In this document: positions 60,119 to 64,000 of the stretch, piece by piece | Numbering within the stretch: the first letter of the stretch is position 1 | Layout of the letters: each line of letters starts with the position of its first letter | Assembly (NCBI GenBank): GCA_013178285.1 | Contig: JABLXD010000007.1 | Location: 18,093-82,092 of the forward strand | Source: Methanofastidiosum sp. | Lineage (GTDB): Archaea > Methanobacteriota_B > Thermococci > Methanofastidiosales > Methanofastidiosaceae | Reading direction: 5' to 3' | Length of the DNA stretch: 64,000 bases | The notes under the pieces: generated by a model | What the model saw: only the letters and a program-made list of their open reading frames with translations | Database searches by the model: none | What the model was told of the DNA's origin: nothing | Program-made: the position numbers and the translations under genes

Positions 60119-62473
60119 TTAAAAGAAATCCCCAAGGGTCATCTGTTTATTTTTAGAATACTTTAAGTTTTCTTCTGTGTATCCAAATCCTTTAAGAATT
60201 CTCATAACTGCGGGCAATACTTGATTATCAATATAATAATCGGCGTCATATTTATATCCTGCATTTCTAAATGATTCGACGTCAAAAGATCTATCCCTAA
60301 CCATGCCATCCCCACTTTTTACAATAAATGATATCATTGAACCTGCTTTAACTTCCTCTCCTTTTTCTTTCATCCGTTGTGCTACAATGACGTGAGGCCC
60401 TATTTGTTTGTATCTTGATAGGGGCATTGTTAATTGAGTGTATATAATAAGTGAATCTAAAGGAGTTTTACCTTCAATTAACTCTTGGGTAATTTTCCTA
60501 ACAATTTCAGCTGCTTTTTCTGGTCCTTTGCCTTCTAATATAGTTCTTAAAACTTCCTCTTGTGTCTTCTTCGCAATATCGGCCCAATCCCTCCTTACAA
60601 CTTCTAGACCTTTAGTTGTAATATTGTTCTCTTTATCGATGATTGCGTATCTTTTCTTAGAAACGAAAAATCCACGCCTGTAATATCCTTGAAATTCCAG
60701 TTCCATGAAATCAGGGAGGATAGAGTTAACTTTATCTCTAAAATATTTCGATTTTTCCATGTCTTCTGATCCTAATCCTACAAATAAACTGTCAGTATCT
60801 CCATAAAGAACATCCAATCCCATCTCTTCGGCAATTTTTATTGCTTTGTGGATATATTCTCTTCCCCATGAAGCGATGCTTGAAGCCGCTTCTTTTGAAT
60901 ACCATCTTGAACGGGGATACCCCATATAGCCATAGAAAGAGTTAGCAAGGATTTTAAGAGCCCATTGCTGGGATTGATAAATAGTCTTCTCATTTTTATC
61001 AGAAGCTTCCTTTAATTTTTTCTTAATCTGTACCCTTCTTTCGATAAGTTCTTTTAATATTTCAGGAATGAATCCTTTTTTATTGAGACAAAAATTAACT
61101 CCTTCTGGAGAGGTATTATCGCAACAATCACAACCTATTGTATTTGGGTCTATATTGTGTGCAATAATTATGGAGGGATATAGTGACCTAAAGTCAAAAA
61201 CAGCTATGTGCTCGTGAAGTCCTTTTTTAGGGTCCAGAACAAATCCACCTTCATAAGTTTCTGAAGACCTTTCTAGATATTCACTGCCTTTTGGTTTATT
61301 AGGGACTATTGTTTTTTCTTCAAATGCTCTTTTCATTAAAAGGTATTCAACCATATTAGAGGAGGCCATTCGAGACATATCAAAAATATTCTGCCCAACT
61401 ATCCTTGAGAGTTCTATTTCTAGAGGGCCTATTGCAGCACCAATTTCCTTTGCTGCTACAGCATCCTCTTTATTGTATAATGCGACTTTTAATAGTCCTT
61501 CTTGTGTTCCTTCTTCCCAAAACTGATCCATCTCAGCTAGCTGGATTTTACTTTTCTCTTTACCTAAGAAATTGAGATAAACATTTTCAAGGGTGTATTT
61601 ATTTAAACTTAGTAGTTTTCTACTTAGTGGATAAAGGTCAATATGTACCATGCCTGGGATCTTGCTACTATCATTAATTCCTCTTCTATCAATTCTTATT
61701 TCATCTAATACGGGGTGAGATATTTTCAGTTTTTTTGCCCTTTCATATATGTAAGGAAAATCAAAGGTATCCCCGTTGTAAGTATAAAGTATATCAGGAT
61801 TGTACTCTAAAAGAATATCAAAAAATTTCTTTAACATTAATATTTCATTATCAACGACCTCAATATAATCTGCCGTGACATTTTTATAGGTAATTACCTT
61901 ATCAAAATCATTAGTGGAAATACCAACCATGATGATGGGATCATTTTGGGCATCAGGTTTTGCCTTGCAGTATACTTCTATATCAAATGCTAATACTTTT
62001 AGAGACAAATTTAGATTTCCCTCTATTTGGAAATTATTTATAATGGGGATTTCTCCCTCTTTTTCAATTTCAAAATTGTAGTGTATTGCGGGGATAAGAT
62101 TTTTATCAATAAGAAACCTTCTAGCAAAGGGAATGTCATATTCATAAATGTCTGAAATATCTTCTATTTCTTTTCTAAGATTGGGCACATCCGAAGGGTG
62201 ATTAAATATAACTTTTAGGACGGGCACTTTATTGCCAAAAATATATCTCTCTTCAACAATACATTTTTTAATAGTTAAGAATTTCCCATGGGACTCTTTA
62301 CTTATTCCTTCTATAAGCTCCTTTTTAGATTCGATCTCTCTCTGATCGCACACTGCCCAAATATATGGCTCAAAGTCTTTGTAGAATGCCTCTATTTTTG
62401 AATCATTCTTAAGAATTAGTCTAACATATGCTTTCTCGTTGAATGTTTTGTAATCAGAATCTAATACAAACAT
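60119..62473 (-). CDS. polB: DNA polymerase, family B
   Basis: The 784 aa protein has the 3'-5' exonuclease motif FDIEVY and the polymerase motifs YGDTDS, KILANSFYGY and SLYPSII. Confidence 0.9.
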   Translation of the reverse strand: MFVLDSDYKTFNEKAYVRLILKNDSKIEAFYKDFEPYIWAVCDQREIESKKELIEGISKESHGKFLTIKKCIVEERYIFGNKVPVLKVIFNHPSDVPNLRKEIEDISDIYEYDIPFARRFLIDKNLIPAIHYNFEIEKEGEIPIINNFQIEGNLNLSLKVLAFDIEVYCKAKPDAQNDPIIMVGISTNDFDKVITYKNVTADYIEVVDNEILMLKKFFDILLEYNPDILYTYNGDTFDFPYIYERAKKLKISHPVLDEIRIDRRGINDSSKIPGMVHIDLYPLSRKLLSLNKYTLENVYLNFLGKEKSKIQLAEMDQFWEEGTQEGLLKVALYNKEDAVAAKEIGAAIGPLEIELSRIVGQNIFDMSRMASSNMVEYLLMKRAFEEKTIVPNKPKGSEYLERSSETYEGGFVLDPKKGLHEHIAVFDFRSLYPSIIIAHNIDPNTIGCDCCDNTSPEGVNFCLNKKGFIPEILKELIERRVQIKKKLKEASDKNEKTIYQSQQWALKILANSFYGYMGYPRSRWYSKEAASSIASWGREYIHKAIKIAEEMGLDVLYGDTDSLFVGLGSEDMEKSKYFRDKVNSILPDFMELEFQGYYRRGFFVSKKRYAIIDKENNITTKGLEVVRRDWADIAKKTQEEVLRTILEGKGPEKAAEIVRKITQELIEGKTPLDSLIIYTQLTMPLSRYKQIGPHVIVAQRMKEKGEEVKAGSMISFIVKSGDGMVRDRSFDVESFRNAGYKYDADYYIDNQVLPAVMRILKGFGYTEENLKYSKNKQMTLGDFF

Positions 62474-62736
62474 AAAAATATTTATTATTCTTAATATAAA
62501 TAGGTTATTACCCCTAATTTTGGGATTAGTCTACTATAGTATTGGGGATGATTAAGCTAGTTCTTTAACACTAGTAGGAAGATTTTTGATATCAGTTACT
62601 TATATTGTTTAAAATACCTTTAATTGAGTTTCCCAAATTTATAACAACACTAATGTTTGTTTCAGACTGTTCTTTGTTAGAGGAACACTAGAATAAAGCA
62701 TATTGATAAAAAAATAATATATAACTTATAATGGAT

Positions 62737-63153
62737 TTAATCGAGTAGTCTTTTCTGACCCTCTAATTTTTGGATAGTGGCAATATTTTGACTTGATTCA
62801 AGGCATCCTAAATAATTTCCATCTTGATCTCTTAATGCATAATATTCTATCATTACCTTCTCTTTTTCACCATTTTTTCCAAGAGGGAGGTCAATCCAAA
62901 ATCTTGCCTTATCTCTTATCCCTTCTTTCATCTCACTGATTATCTGTTCAACTTTGTCAAGACTTCTTTCAGGATGGCACTGCCTAACGTCCCTTCCTAA
63001 AGCTGCTTCCGGTCTTTTAAATATTCTTGTCTCGTGTTTATTCCAAGCCAAGACCTTATCATCTTCATTTAGAACTGAAAATTCAATAGGGATGGTTTCA
63101 AGAATTGCTTCAAGTATTTTACCATCAATTTTTCCAATCATATAATCTACCAT
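62737..63153 (-). CDS. PAS-fold domain protein (DUF438-like)
   Basis: The 138 aa protein has a single PAS-like core with the conserved VRQCHPERS segment. Confidence 0.5.
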   Translation of the reverse strand: MVDYMIGKIDGKILEAILETIPIEFSVLNEDDKVLAWNKHETRIFKRPEAALGRDVRQCHPERSLDKVEQIISEMKEGIRDKARFWIDLPLGKNGEKEKVMIEYYALRDQDGNYLGCLESSQNIATIQKLEGQKRLLD

Positions 63154-63171
63154 GAGATTCCGATTATTTTA

Positions 63172-63510
63172 TTATAATACCTTTGTTTGTTCAGTTGGCC
63201 TTGGAACTTTAACAACAAGGAAACGAAATAATTTATCGCTTTGATTTAGTAATCTGTGCGGAATCTTTGCAGGGCTCTCAATAAGTAAATCTGGATATAC
63301 TTCTTCCTTTTCATCTCCGATTTCTACAATTCCTTTTCCTTCGAGCACGTAAAAAAATACATCAACAGGAGTGATGTGTTTTAAAAGAGCTTCTCCAGGT
63401 TTTAATGTTATATGGATAGCTTGTGCCTTTTCGGAGTCATATAATTTTCTAACATCCACTTTATGTGGGGTTTCAATAATTTTTTGTTCATTTACTTTAA
63501 CTATTTTCAT
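63172..63510 (-). CDS. Cupin-domain protein
   Basis: The 112 aa protein has the two-motif cupin pattern (HITLKPGEALLKH ... FYVLEGKGIVEIGDE ... PAKIPHRL). Confidence 0.6.
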   Translation of the reverse strand: MKIVKVNEQKIIETPHKVDVRKLYDSEKAQAIHITLKPGEALLKHITPVDVFFYVLEGKGIVEIGDEKEEVYPDLLIESPAKIPHRLLNQSDKLFRFLVVKVPRPTEQTKVL

Positions 63511-63520
63511 TTGATCACCT

Positions 63521-63928
63521 TTATATTTTTATAGAATCAAATTTACAGATCTTTTCACATTCATAGCATAAAATACATTTGCTACCTATTATCTTCATTT
63601 TTTCGTTATTTAATTCTATTGCTTCTGTGGGGCATGCTTTCTTGCACAAATTACAGTTTGTGCAGGAGTGATTGTCTATATTGGGCATTAATAATCTATT
63701 TAACGAGGGTAATTTCATTATTAAACCAAAAGGACATAAATAATTGTGCCACAGGTCAGAAGTAAATAACGCCAATATGGGAAATGCAACTATTAGAAAT
63801 GGAATTTTTATTTTAATTGGAATTATTAAGCCAGAAATTTTTAATATTATCAAAATCAGTAGTATAACTGAAATTGGATAATAAATAGATCCTTTCTTTA
63901 ATAAACTGGGTGTTTTAATTTTTTTCAA
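63521..63928 (-). CDS. Membrane-anchored 2x[4Fe-4S] ferredoxin-domain protein (N-terminus may extend beyond the annotated Met or the window)
   Basis: It has two hydrophobic helices and then CTNCNLCKKACP and CILCYECEKIC ferredoxin motifs. Confidence 0.6.
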   Translation of the reverse strand: MKKIKTPSLLKKGSIYYPISVILLILIILKISGLIIPIKIKIPFLIVAFPILALFTSDLWHNYLCPFGLIMKLPSLNRLLMPNIDNHSCTNCNLCKKACPTEAIELNNEKMKIIGSKCILCYECEKICKFDSIKI

Positions 63929-64000
63929 ACCTAATTTATTAACAATGTGCCCCCATCCCTTGTCGAACGCGTGGAAAGGGCAAAAATAACCACAGAATAT

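Noticed and set aside
62474-62736. 263-bp intergenic region upstream of polB, considered as a possible ncRNA or replication origin (ORB repeats)
   Set aside because: It has no repeated ORB-like motifs, no GC-rich structured segment and only weak imperfect inverted repeats. It is most simply the polB promoter region plus the 3' UTR of the PAS gene.
1-64000. CRISPR arrays, rRNA genes, IS elements or integrases
   Set aside because: There are no regularly spaced direct repeats, no long GC-rich structured RNA-like segments and no transposase/integrase-like ORFs. The only repeats are the A/B promoter-like modules described above.

Overview
This 64 kb window is an AT-rich archaeal chromosomal segment with high coding density and about 70 protein-coding genes. 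No rRNA, tRNA or CRISPR array could be supported.

Archaeal hallmarks are GatD/GatE, membrane-bound LonB, family-B DNA polymerase, aTrm56, archaeosine synthase ArcS (PC-x3-KPY-x2-S-x2-H motif), a standalone RAM domain, F420H2:NADP+ oxidoreductase and KaiC-like ATPase. Core metabolism looks like an anaerobic amino-acid/2-oxoacid fermenter:
- ADP-forming acetyl-CoA synthetase alpha/beta, glutamate dehydrogenase, a two-subunit 2-oxoacid:ferredoxin oxidoreductase, an aconitase-isocitrate dehydrogenase pair and an M1 aminopeptidase.
- An amino-acid ABC transporter, plus HisG, PurB, Prs and an IMPase.
- An MtaA/MtsA-type (URO-D fold) methyltransferase fused to a corrinoid-binding domain sits next to Fno, which points to methyl-corrinoid metabolism. 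It is interrupted by a single-base frameshift, as is asnB.

The most unusual feature is a family of near-identical intergenic modules. A 156 bp promoter-like module occurs twice, about 40 kb apart, and related 35-40 bp modules occur three times. Together they bracket small cassettes of uncharacterised membrane or secreted proteins. Inside the otherwise about 98% identical 156 bp module sits a hairpin whose stem is conserved but whose 21 nt loop has diverged by about 60%.

Other notable items are a bacterial-type RsgA GTPase, a lipoprotein-type alpha-acetolactate decarboxylase (both HGT candidates), a 200-codon ORF with no ATG/GTG/TTG start, and several zinc-ribbon proteins of unknown function. 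All calls come from reading the sequence and recalling motifs; no database search was possible.
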